A DNA stretch of 63,381 nucleotides, filler included, from Octopus bimaculoides (taxonomy: Eukaryota): the NCBI RefSeq assembly GCF_001194135.2. It is 5 parts of 4 records of this genome, joined end to end, with 100 filler letters (N's around TTAATTAATTAA, not from the genome) between each part and the next. Parts side by side here need not be neighbours in the genome. Positions count along the whole stretch, not along the records: positions 21,918 to 48,086 come from NC_069009.1; 4 more parts are not named here. The stretch is one strand, 5' to 3'. The translations under genes were made by a program, and so were the position numbers. Below are positions 23,631-35,682 of this stretch, piece by piece. The first letter of the stretch is position 1, and each line of letters opens with the position of its first letter. The notes under the pieces are model-generated. The model worked only from the letters and a program-made list of their open reading frames with translations, was not told the origin of the DNA and searched no databases.

Positions 23631-23998
23631 GTTAAATGTCTAAGCTTAAGCCTTTCAAAACCCTTATAAACAATACTAGCCTGGGTTACCTAGTCATTCT
23701 TTTTTAAATTTAAACATTTCTACCGAATGTTAAACAAGGAATGTTTTCGCTAAGAAGTATTATTAAAAATATTTATAATTTCATCAAAACACAATTTGGC
23801 GGGCTTTCTCTGCAAAGTAAAGTTACAAAAGTTTTCGTGCCAAATATTCTTTACAGGGCTTGTGGCAACGGAAGACGCGGAAATTAGAAAAAGAATATTA
23901 TCAAAGTTGAATCAAGATGTTGAACTAACTTCGCATAAATTGGCCGACGAATGCCAACAAATAATTCATCTTCGAGAAGATACAAGAAAAACAGAAGA

Positions 23999-24081
<83 letters not shown>

Positions 24082-24845
24082 GTGTACAGACGTGTAACGA
24101 AAGTATTGCAAAAAGACAGATAAATCCAAAACCGTGCTATGGTTGCAGAGAGCTGCATTTTAGGACGGATTTCCCCTTTAAAGCTAAAGAGTTTTAAGTG
24201 CAGTAAAATTGGGCACAGATTGTCAATATGCTGGTTGAAGAAAAATGTCAAAAATGAGAAACCGAAGAAAGTCTACTAGACAAAATTAAATTATACTATA
24301 GAAAACCGAAAATGCCATTAGATACCGGTTCAGGCGTATCGATAATTAATACGTCAATATAGATTAAGATAGGAAGGCCGGTATACCAAAAATACTAAGA
24401 TATTTCACGGTGTATCGGGGGAACGAGTTCAATTCTTGGGTGAAATTTCGCCATAAATAAAACTTAAAGAAATGACGCGGAAAAGTAAAATAATGGTATC
24501 TAAAAATACAATGAATCTGTTCAGCACAGATTTAATGGAAAAATTCGACCTGTGAGATACATTATGTTAGAATTTGAACGTGTCACATTCCGTGTCAGAT
24601 AATGCGTCGGAAAAATTTAAATTAAAAATAAAGAAGATATACCACGATGAGTTCTCGGAAGGAACACGGAACGTGTAAAAAAAAATCACAGTAAAATGTG
24701 AGTTGAAAGAAAATGTTGTTCCGGGGTTCAGACCGAAAAAGAACTAAAAAGATTGGAAACATAGGGGTAATTGAAAAAGTAGACTAATCAGAGTAGGTGG
24801 TTCCTACTGTATATATATATGGATAAAGAAAAACAAAATAAGAGT
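23630..24845 (+). mobile_element. Ty3/gypsy LTR retrotransposon gag-protease-RT start, degenerate; gag N-part (23630-23845) inverted
   Basis: GL.ATEDAEIRKRILSKL, KPCYGC.ELHF..D..FK (zinc knuckles), LDTGS protease motif, KELKRLET.GVIEKVD.SE...PTVY..KKNKIRV RT start. Confidence 0.8.
24000..24080 (+). repeat. (AAT)27 tract inside gag, in frame as poly-Asn
   Basis: GAAGAG-(AAT)n-AGTGTACAG. Confidence 0.95.
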
Positions 24846-27050
24846 ACTGGACCAAACTAGAGTACTGGACCAAACCAGACACCTAGCATATTTACCGGTC
24901 CGGCTGTCCATCGTCCAGTTAAAGCGCTGGGTGACACAGACTTGCCGCTCCAAGTGCCGGGTTGCAAGCTGACCGACTTATTCCGGTTAATTTTTGCTCC
25001 TGGTACTGCTTCGTAATCCTTTAATGCCTTACCTACCCACGGTAGGTGTTCGACCCGTGTTACAATGAGGGTGATGTCGTCTGCATACACCAAAATCTAT
25101 TTTCCACATCTTAGATCTCGTGGCATGCCTCTCATAAATTCCAGCTTTCGCAGCAATACCTTGAGGGACAATACATACAGAAGAGCGGAGAGAGGACATC
25201 CTTGCCGTACCGAGCGCTCAATGCCGAACAGTTCCAAAAACAAACAGTTCACCCGAACGATCGATTCGTTGTTGCTATATAAATTGGTGATCTACCCACG
25301 GATGGGCGAGCCAAACCCGGCTGCCGCAAAGACCACCACTAGAAAGTGATGGTCAACCCTATGAATCGCTTTAGATTAGTGAAAATGGATCATACCTCTA
25401 CACTTCCAGGAAATCTAATTACCCTCGCTAAGGTACAGCGCATAAGGTAAAGACTGTCGTGAATTGACCTACGTGGTTTGTGCCTCCCAAATAAGTCCAC
25501 CCACACTTTTTGATAATACCTTGGCCAAAATCCTCAGTTTTGCGTTAAGCAGAGTGCAGGGCCTCAAATTATCAATTACACCCCCCTTATTGTAGTCCTT
25601 TCTTTGCAGCGTCATAATCCCCCGGCTCACAGACTTGGGAATACACCAGTTTTGTTTCCAGTTGGTATAGACGCATGCAAGAAGGTGCTCAAACATGTCT
25701 GGCATAGTGTAATACAGTTCGTATCGGCCTCTCGCAGCTGGGATCGGCCTTTCACAGTATTCCGCTTCCCGCTCTGAGAGACACAGCAAACCGATGAGTC
25801 CGTGAGGTCATCCCTACGCTACGCCCCACCGCCCCACCGCCCTTCCTGGAAAACCGGGTGACATGTTCGTGGAACACTTTGCACATCTCTGTTACTTGCA
25901 TTGGTTCGTTATTGTTAGAGATTATGCCTGTGATGCTGAATGCGTGTTTTGGGGTCCAGGAATAGGCGGGTCTCGGGTTTTGTGTGCTTGTGGTGGATGT
26001 GTTTGTATTATTGCCTATGGAAGCTGGGCGGGGCCCTTACTTTTACTGCTTTTTTGTGTGACGGTGGTCCAATCTATTTCCTGGATTTTCTGAGCTTCAG
26101 AATCTAGCACCGTTCTTTTAGTAGACTTGGGTTTGGGTTTCCGCTATCTTCTCGTTTCCATTGTGGTTCTATCGGTTGGTATGAGTGTCGTTTTAGCGGT
26201 TGGTATAAGTGACGTTGGTGGAGAGCATCCTACTCTTATATGGCCCTTTTGGCCACACTTACAGCTGCACAGCTTTTTCCCCTCCACCATGACACTTAAT
26301 TTGGTGTCTTCACGAATTGAAATTGAACCCGGAATTTTTCCAGGTCGGTAGGGGCTTCTTGGATTACTATTTCTAATCCCTGCTCTGCCAGTTTTGCTGG
26401 TGAAATATGGTTGCTTGAAGGATGGTAATCTTGTTTTCTAATCTGAGTATTAGAGCTGCCATAGGCCATGGAACATCAAATTCTGGCGGTACGCCTCCTA
26501 CCGTTATCTTGGAAGTACGTCCTCCAAGATACGTTGCAGTTGAAACAGCACGGCTGATGTGAACGTTGTTGTTGAATATTGCCTGGCTTTCTCTGTTTCA
26601 AAATTACCTCCAAGGTGACGAACCGGCCTCCTTTTGTTATATATGTAGTATCCTACCATATAGGTTGTAGACATTTCTCTATTGCCTCCTGGTAGGCCAT
26701 ATCAATCTTTTTTGTTTTATATATCACGGTTTTCGGGGTGGTTTGGATTACTTTCCCGGGCGGGGTTATTTTCATATTGTGTCCCTCCCTCTTGAAGGCC
26801 CTTGTACTCTGCTAGTTCGTCTTTCTCGATACTTACATCTTCTCTTGTAACACTAGCGACTGGTGCGAAATTGAATGTATTATTTTTCGTTTTCTTTTTT
26901 TCCATGTCTTCCATTTGAATAGTATCTCCGGGTAACAGCAATTCTTCATTTAAAATGTTGAGTCTACTGGCATCTCCTATGAATTCTGTCTCATTGGAAT
27001 ACGTGCTCATTGAAGAATATTAATAGGTTTCTCCCTTCAAAAAAGGGGAA
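24845..27050 (-). mobile_element. L1/Tx1-clade LINE: ORF1 with CCHC knuckle plus internally deleted ORF2 RT
   Basis: ORF1 CKCGQKGHIRVGC; ORF2 MPDMFEHLLACVY.NW.QN..IPKSVSRG...DNLRP.TLLNA...ILAKVL; YADDITL; GAKINRNKS; LGVWFGP. The endonuclease is apparently deleted. Confidence 0.8.
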
Positions 27051-27180
27051 AATGTAACCTAGCGGTTCGGATAAGAAACCGATAGAATAAGTACTAGCCT
27101 TACAACAAATGTTTTCGAATAAACACGGTGCTCTAGCATGGCCACTGTAAAATTGCTGAAAGAACTAAATGAATAAATGA
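27050..27180 (+). mobile_element. SINE family A 3' fragment
   Basis: TAGCGGTTCGG...ACCGATAGAATAAGTACTAG...GTGCTCTAGCATGGCC. Confidence 0.65.
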
Positions 27181-28748
27181 ATGTAGATTTATGTTACATA
27201 TACGTAAACATATATATGTGTATATGTCTGTGTGTGTGTGTGTGTGTGTATGTGTGTGTGTGTGTGTGTGTGTATGTATCTCTATTTCTCTGGCGATCTA
27301 TCTACCTACATATCCAGCTATAGATTGATAGATGAATAGATAGAAGGATAGAATAACAGATAGATAGTTAGATAGACGTCCCCCGTTCCTCCCTATCTAC
27401 TCGTGTTTAATTTCTTCGATTTATCATGCTCTTCTTTTATTATAGATGTTTACTTTCCATATCAGCTTCCTCTTCCTCATCACAATCAAAAAGTTTAGCT
27501 GCAGCCTCAATTACAATAATAATAATAATATTAATAATAATAATCATTATCACCATCATTATCATCATCATCATCATCATCATCCTCGTCGTTGTTGTAG
27601 AAAACATCATCATCGTGATGAGCATCATCGTCATCTTCACCATCCTTATCATCCTTATCACTCATAAACCAGAGCTGCATTGCGAGCAGACCGAAACAAA
27701 TTCACCACCACTAAATCCGTCACCACCAATGCCATCATCATAATCATAATTGCTGCCATCATCACTTAACATTATTACATCCCTCATCATTATTTTCATT
27801 ACATTCTTAACTCATCATTTACATTGTCATATTCACTTAATTCTTTCATTTATATTTATATTCCTTCTTTTTCTGCATCTAATTTGTTGGACGTAATATT
27901 TGAAATTTATGACAAATCTCTTCTCTCTTTCAGAGATCTAACCAATAATAAAATCGTCAAAATTGAAAATGGTTGGTTTGTAAATCTTCCCGTCTTAAGA
28001 TATTTGTAAGTTGGACCAGTTTTGCTGATACTATTTCCTTGACTGTATATTTCCACATACTTAGTATCTTTCCATCCTTCTTTCTTAACATTCATCTGCC
28101 GCTCTGTGACTTACATTCTCTCTATATATGTGAATGTGTACATGTGTGTGACAATGTGCTTGATCATATGTCTTTGGATTCTACATCATTGCTGTTTGGT
28201 ATTCTGTGTAAAGTGTGTGTATGGGCATGTGTATATTTGTGCATAAAATACGAAGAAAAATATATAGTCCTTTAATGTTTCGTCTTGGGCCGGAAATATT
28301 AAGTAGATCATAAAACATTTGCTTTATTCATGTTCGGGTGAAAATTTACGAGTTAAAAACACGGTTAGAAGAATAGTTGGAAGTGTTTCAATGTGAAAAA
28401 TGACTGGTTTGTATATGCTGATTGGTCTTACCAAGCGCAAACACCAACATTGATTAAATACATGGATACGAAAGAAAATCAAGACGTTGCTTTTTAGAAA
28501 GAAGAGAAAGAAGAGAGCACTTTCGATCTGGCACGCAAATTTTTAGGTCATGTATACAGGCTCTTAAAAGGTACTTCCAAACTGCAGGTAAGATGATCGG
28601 CCCTTCTCTGAGCATATTGTTCAAGTAGCAGAAACAGACTTATGCTATAGTAATACTGCACAATGAAATCACTGGAGAGCGAAAAGTGGTTGGCAATATA
28701 AATGTTTTTAATAATCGACACAATTCCAAACCAGGGAATAACAATAAT

Positions 28749-28800
<52 letters not shown>

Positions 28801-28805
<5 letters not shown>

Positions 28806-29931
28806 CGGTTGATAAGCAATAGGGTGATTACATCAGGATGCACTTTGGCCACGATAAATGTGCAAAAGCTACCTTTATCAAAATAAGAATGAGAGAAACT
28901 ACCAATGATAATCTTGACAAGCAAAATGACATAAATTTTAAGGGAACGAAAGCAAACGTTCAGTGATGAGGGAAAGGAGCAGAAGAACGTCATTACCTGC
29001 CAAGGAAAGAGTGTGGTTGTGAACTTTTACAACTGGAATTAACAATGAAGATTGCCAGATTTGCCCGAAACACCTACCTAAAAAAAACACTGATGAGAGG
29101 ATGTTGAAATTTACCTGAAGCCTTGAAAACAAGACAGCATCATACTCAGCAACAAAACAGGCAAATGGATATTTAAGTGAATTCCAAATACAAGAAATTC
29201 CAGGATGAGACGTACTAGAAGCAAGCACAGAATGTTTTATCATAGCAGCCCAAGATCAATGTCCAACTACAAGAAACTACCAGTCCAACATATCAAAAAC
29301 GGCCTTAGCCCAACATGTGTATGTCAACAACAAAATGAAACCATTGATCATGTTATCCACATTTGCAGTCTTCTTGCGCCTACAGAGTATCTCAACAGAC
29401 ATGATAGAGCAGCATCATATAATGATCACATCTAATTCCTCTGGAACTTCACCATTCAAAGTGAGAGAAAGATAGATGCGAATTGGCCAGGCATTATATT
29501 GAAAGACTTCAGACAAAAATCCTGCCTCCTCCTTTATGACTGTTCCAATCAACATAAATGTATCAGTGAAGACCTAACAAGAACTGAGCTATTATAAAGT
29601 TCTTGAGATAGAAATTGGCAAAATGTGGAACCTCAAGACTAAAATAATACCTGTTGTCATAGGTGCCCTAAAGTGGCAGAAATTCAAAAGAGAGTTTTTA
29701 TGGAAACTGCCCATAAACTAGGTAATATACTGTCTATGTAATTTCAAATCTTAATACTAACTCATAATTTTCTTGTTTCCTTAAACATTCTCTAGGACAA
29801 TTCTATGTGCAAAACTAAATATATGATACCCTAGGCATAACACAAACATGAACCTCTAACTTGTAATCTCTTGAGGTCTCTGGGGGAGATTTGGAACCTG
29901 CTTATACAAAAACAAAGCAAAAGTCAAACAG
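28801..29931 (+). mobile_element. R4/Dong family-A-like copy, 5'-truncated, with several internal deletions
   Basis: ...SGCTLATINVQK frame overlies the post-YMDD GxDKCAKATF region; QQNETIDHV...LLAPTEYLNRHDRAA; 3' UTR ends CAAAAGTCAAACA plus (TAA)n. Confidence 0.8.
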
Positions 29932-29934
29932 ATG

Positions 29935-30037
<103 letters not shown>

Positions 30038-30043
30038 TAATAA

Positions 30044-30792
30044 TAATTGCTGCACAAGACCAAAGCCTCCCCACCAGAAATTACCAAAAGCACATAATGA
30101 AAAGAAATATAACAAGTAACTGTAGAATATGTGGAGATCGACAAGAAACAATAAATCATATTATCTCTGGCTGCCCAGTCCTGGCTAAGAAGGAATATAT
30201 TCACAGACACGACAGAGCTGGGACCTATATACACTGGAAGCTATGCCAACACTATGGAATAACAACAGAAAAAAAGATGGTATAAACACACCCCAGAAAA
30301 GGTCACAGAAAACGACAAAGCAACCATACTCTGGGATATGCCAATACACACAGATAGAGAAATTAAGGCCAATAGACCAGATAGAGTTGTCAAAGATCAT
30401 GAAGAAAAAAAATGCTTTCTAATTGATGTATCAATACCAGCAGATGACAACGTTTCTCTAAAAGAAATGGAAAAACTTTCAAAATACAAAGACCTGGAAA
30501 TAGAGATTACTCGAATGTGGAATCTAAAAACAGAAACAATTCGTATCATGGTAGGTGCCTTAGATATAATAAAAAAATATTCAGACAAATACATAACAAA
30601 AACACCAGGACTTACAAATATATATAACATACAGAAAATTGCACTACTGGGTACTGCACACATTCTACGCAAAACACTTTCAATACAGTAAACATAAGAG
30701 CACCACAGCAAACCAAAGCACATACCCAAGGCGCACAGAGCTGCGATCGGTAGTGAAGTGAAAGCACGTTATAAAAATAAAACTACTGAACA
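30044..30792 (+). mobile_element. R4/Dong family-D copy, 5'-truncated, well preserved CCHC plus RLE
   Basis: IIAAQDQSLPTRNY...CRICG..QETINHIISGCPVLAKKEYIHRHD; WDMPIHTDREIKANRPD...LIDVSIPADDNV..KE.EK.SKYKDL...QKIALLGTAHILRK; TAA on both sides. Confidence 0.9.
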
Positions 30793-30944
30793 ATTATAAT
30801 AATAATAATAATAATAATAATAGTAATAATAATAATATTAATAATATTAATAATATCAAAAAAAAGTATTGTTATCAAGTGAACGATATTTCGACATCTC
30901 ATGTGTTTTCCACAGATTCAAAAAATAATACCGTCAATCTACAT

Positions 30945-32112
30945 CATTTTGATTAATAACTCATAAATAAAACGATTGTAGAGAATTGCCTGAGCATAAA
31001 GCTAAACCTTTGTATGGCATGGATAGGCTAGATGAAAGCGTTTGACAATGTCCAACATAATTGGATACTCATGGCTCGTAAAAATATATAAGGTGTCTTA
31101 TGTTATCATTAAATTTTTACAATGTAGCATGGCCAAGTGGAACACACGTCTCCTTAAAAACCATAGTAATGGGATGAGCCAAACTAACATCTTTCTACGT
31201 GACTCCCTCTCATCATTACTGTTTTGCATGGATCTAATCCCACTCTGAAAAGGCATGGCTTCTAAGTTTGCAATACGACAATAAACCATCTGTTTTATAT
31301 GGACGATCAGAAGCTGTTGGCTAGAAATGCCAAACAGCTAGTACGGCTGCTAACAACTGTTAAAAAATTCAATAATGACATCGGGATGAATTTTGGTCTT
31401 CATAAATGTGTTAAAGCAACTTTAGAAAGAGGAGAGCTCAGGCAAACAGATTCCATTAAATTAGATGCCGGCACTATTATCAAGGTGCTCGACCCACAGG
31501 AAATTTAGAAATAGCTACGGATAAATGAAGATGATATACAACATGCTACTATGAAGGAAAATTAAGAAAAGAATATTACAGGAGAATAAGACACATACTA
31601 AAAACTGAACTCAACTCTAAAAATCGCATCGAAGCCATTAACACCCTGACACTTCCATTAGTTCAATATAGTTTTAATATCATTAACTGGAATCTTACAG
31701 AGCTCCAACGCCTGGACAGGAAGACAAGGAAAATACAAAATTCTATAAGCAAGCACTACACAAAAGCAGATGTTGATTGAGTGTACCTGCCTAGAAGTAA
31801 TAGAGGTGGAGGAATGATTCAGGTAGAACTATGCTATAAGACCTCAACAATAGCAATGTACAGAGGACTGGACGCTGCAACTTGTGCGCAAACACGAAAA
31901 CAACTAAAATTCAAGGGAACTTCGCATTAACCCACTAAAATTTGTAGAACCTGAAACCACCGCCACAAAACAAGCAAAATGGATGAAGCAGACTGTAAAG
32001 ATAAAAAAAAACGGGCAGAAACAAATTGAGGAGCAACTGAACCAGAAGACTCTGTATGGACAGTATATACTTTGAAGAAGAAATGCAGATGTATATCAAG
32101 CAGCAACCCATC
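30945..32112 (+). mobile_element. R4/Dong family-E RT fragment, degenerate and 3'-broken
   Basis: LINKTIVENC...AWI...KAFDNV.HNWI; RDSLSSLLFC; YMDDQKLLA; KTELNSKNRIEAINTL; ends at ADVYQAATHQ. Confidence 0.8.
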
Positions 32113-32925
32113 AGAGGTATGGCTAAAGTATTGATCGGTTCGATCTTGCTTCTTGCATTTTGCTCTGTCTTAAGTATTGCATTTATCCTGCGATAACATT
32201 CTCTTTCAAACCTTTCCATCATGATGGAAAGTTTAATTCCGTTCCCGTCAATACCCCAAGGTATTTGTAGCTCTCCGCTGATTCTATCTTTTTTTTATGA
32301 CATTCTGCTGGTCAAGATTAACATTAGATGTTTCTGCCATTTTTTCCTTTGGTAAAGATAGCTTTTGTACATTGATCGTGGCCAAATTGCATCCTGATGT
32401 CATCAACGAATTGTTTAACAACTGCTGGTAAGCCCTGTTGTTGTTGGTCATATTGCATCCTGATTTCAGCACTGAATCGTTTAAGAATCCCTACTAACCC
32501 TTGTAGATGTTATTGAAAGCCTTGTAGCTGTTGGTCAAATCCCCGTAATTGTAGCTCAAAACCCCGAGACTTTTGGTGAAAGCCCTGTTGTTGTTGACAG
32601 TCCTGTCGTCGTTGGTGAAAGTCATGTCGTTGTTTTGTGAAAGCCCTATCGTTATTGAAGAAATCCAGGTCGTTGTTTGTCAAAGCCCTGTAGTTGTTCA
32701 ACAAAGCCCTTTCATTGTCGGTGAAAGCCCTGTCATTGTTGGCAAAAGTCCTTTCATTGTTGTTAAAAAGCCCTGTCGTTGTTAGTCAAAGCCCTATCAT
32801 TGTTGAACAAAGCTCTGTAGTTATTTGTCAAAGCCCTGTTGTTATTGCTCAAAGCCATGAGGTTGGTAAAATCCCTGTTGTTGGTGGTCAAATCCGTGTC
32901 GTTGTTGGTTAAAGCCCTGTAGGCA
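32113..32925 (-). mobile_element. R4/Dong family-A RT fragment carrying an RT-derived 21-bp minisatellite at its 5' junction
   Basis: DQQQQGLPAVVKQFVDDIRMQFGHDQCTKA...KTEQNARSKIEPINTLAIP; array at 32516-32924. Confidence 0.8.
32516..32924 (-). repeat. ~20 diverged copies of a 21-bp unit (GACCAACAACTACAGGGCTTT, coding DQQLQGF)
   Basis: AAAGCCCTG recurs every 21 bp on the plus strand, with occasional 18- or 22-bp units. Confidence 0.85.
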
Positions 32926-33089
32926 TTATAATTTTTATTAGTATTATTATTATTATTAGTTTATAAAAAGGACTGGTAACTCAGCAGAAATCTAATAGAT
33001 AGAGAGATGAGTTCTTAAAAATGTATACGATTGCCAAATTCCATCGCTAAGGTAAACATAGCTGACGTAATCCATCACTACGGCCAACT

Positions 33090-33639
33090 CAATGACAAAA
33101 AGTGCAACTCGGCCATCAAAGTGACGCTGGTGTAAAATATACAAAGTCAATTAGACCCATCATGACTATCCGTCTGATAAGGGCACATCAGGTACATACA
33201 TCACAACCATATGTGCGCGACATAGTGACCTCATATCAAGAAAAACAGCTCTTGACCTCGCAGGTGGGGCCCAGTTAGAATTTTCTTCAGGTCGGGTAGC
33301 CCATCCCGCTCAAAAGTTCCCTGAATAAGGTTTGTTTAAGAATGTTGAGAAAAACACCCATGTTTCCAAAGGTGAATTATTCAAACCCCAAACAATTCCT
33401 CTCAACACATGATGATCTCCCACTACTTCTGCTCGTGATCAGAGATGCACATATCGTCAGCCACTAAGGGACATGCTCAACTGGTTAAGGTCAAACAATT
33501 GACAAGAAACTCTATGGTATTAAGCAGAATATTAGCTGTAGCCCATCTTTTATACCAGGAAAAACAATGTACATGATAACACTTCCAATCAATTAAGATC
33601 AGAAACCATGAGAGCCACTGCCTGGTACTGGATACTGGC

Positions 33640-33640
<1 letters not shown>
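33090..33640 (-). mobile_element. ~560-bp non-coding repeat (family C), copy 1
   Basis: Reverse complement of 40744-41300; (TAA)n at its 5' side. Confidence 0.85.
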
Positions 33641-33706
<66 letters not shown>

Positions 33707-33708
<2 letters not shown>

Positions 33709-34203
33709 GAGTGCGAGAGCAGTGCATGCCATCAATATATGCAACATGATTACCTGTCTGATAAGGGTACACCAGGCACATGCATCACAACCATATGTGC
33801 GCGACATGGTGTTATAATATCAAGGTAAACAGCGCATGACCTCACAGGTGGGGCCAGGTTAGAATGTGCTTCACGTTGAGTAGCCTATCCCACACAAAAG
33901 GTCCCTGAAAAAGGTTTGTTTAAGGATGTTGAGGAAAACACCCATGTTTCCAAAGGTGAATTATTCAAACCCCAAAGAATTCCTCTCAATACAGGTCTAT
34001 GATGCCCCCCACTACTTCTGCTCGTGATCAGAGATACACATATCGTCAGCCACCAAGGGACATGCTCAACTGGTTAAGGTCAAACAATTGACAAGCAAAT
34101 CTGTCGTATTGAACAGAATATTTGCTGTAGTCCATCTTTTTATACCAAGACAAAACAAACGTACATGATAACACTTCCAATCAAATAATGCCTGGTACTG
34201 CAT
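33707..34203 (-). mobile_element. family C, copy 2, with small deletions
   Basis: Ends GCACTGCTCTCGCACTCAA-(TAA)n; TAA on both sides. Confidence 0.85.
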
Positions 34204-34205
34204 TA

Positions 34206-34269
<64 letters not shown>

Positions 34270-34291
34270 GATTATTATTATTATTATTATT

Positions 34292-35638
34292 CTATGTTTG
34301 ACTTTTTCTTTGCATTTGTACTAGTTGGATCCTTAGGGTGGTGCATTCTATGCATTGTCAACAGTTTTCGTATTTTTCTGTCAACATTACATATTTCAGT
34401 AATTGACCAGTTAACGATGTTGAAACTGTAAGTCACGACTGGTATGGCTAGAGCATTGATCGCTCCGATCCTGTTTCTCGCGTTCAGCTCTGTCTTCAGT
34501 ATTGCTCTCACCCTGCAATAACATTCTCTTCTGATCCTTTCCCTCATCACTGAGTGCTTGATATTGTCCCCTTCAATTACCCCTAGGTATTTGTAGCTCT
34601 CCGCTGGTTCTAACTCTTTTATGACATTTTGCTGGTCAAGGTTCACATTAGATGTTTTTGTCATTTTTCCTTTGATAAAGGTAGCTTTTGCACATTTATC
34701 AAGGCCAAATTGCATCCTGATGTCATCACTGAATTGTTTAACAATCGCTAGTAGGCCTTTGAGTTGTTGGTCATTTTTTGCAAAGAGCTTTAAATCATCC
34801 ATGTAAATGAGATGATTTATATTTTTATCAAATATTTTATAACCATACTGTGCATCATTGAGCAATTTGGGGAGAGGTATTTGGGCTAGACAGAAGAGGA
34901 GTGGTGATAGTGAGTCACCTTGGAAAATGCCACATGAAATTCTTACATCTCCAGCATTTAGAGATTCATTGTCATTGTTCAACGTCAGTGTGGTTTTCCA
35001 TGATCTCATACTTACAGATAAAAAGTTTCGCAGAGTAGGAGCTATTATATATATTTTCCAAACATTTCCTAATTCAGCTATGTGGTAGGCTATCAAAGGC
35101 CTTTTTATAGTCTATCCAGGCTATTGACAAGGTTTTGTGTCGCTTGTGACAATCTTCTACGATCATCTTATTGATGAGTAGCTGATCTTTACAACCATAA
35201 GATCCACGTTTACATCCCTTTTGCTCATTAGGGAATATGCTACTTTCTATTAAAAAACTATAGGTGTACTCGGTTAGGACATATGTTAGCGTCTTATACA
35301 TTGTTGTTAAGCAGGTTATGGGTCGAACATTTTTTGGTTTGTTTGTTTCCTCATTTATTGGAAGGAGGAATGTTAGACCATTAACTAGCCAAGAGGGCAT
35401 CAAACTAGGATTTTGCAAAACATCGTTGTAAAGTGTTGTTAGCAGCGCATCATTCTCTGGGAACGCATTCAACCAGAAGTTAGGAATTTTATCCTTTCCT
35501 GGAAACTTCCATTTGCTTGAGCTCGTAAGAGCAGCTCTTATATCTTCTACCTTGACCCGCTCACACTTTTGCTCCTCTAAGGAATCTAAGTCTGTAGATA
35601 TTCTATCAATCCAAGGGTGTTTTATCTTCTGCCTAGAT
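34292..35638 (-). mobile_element. R4/Dong family-A RT joined directly to the last ~40 nt of the 3' UTR
   Basis: RPITCLTTMYK, EQKGCKRGSYGCKDQLLINK, WIDYKKAFDSLPH, GIFQGDSLSPLLFC, YMDDLKLFA; MHHPK|GATCCAAC junction at 34331-34332. Confidence 0.9.
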
Positions 35639-35682
35639 TATTATTATTATCATTATTATTTTTTTTATTATTATTATTATTT

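Noticed and set aside
33090-33640. Hammerhead in family C (CTGATCACGAG...GAA)
   Set aside because: The core is CTGATCA rather than CTGANGA, and no stem II/GAAA arrangement was found.
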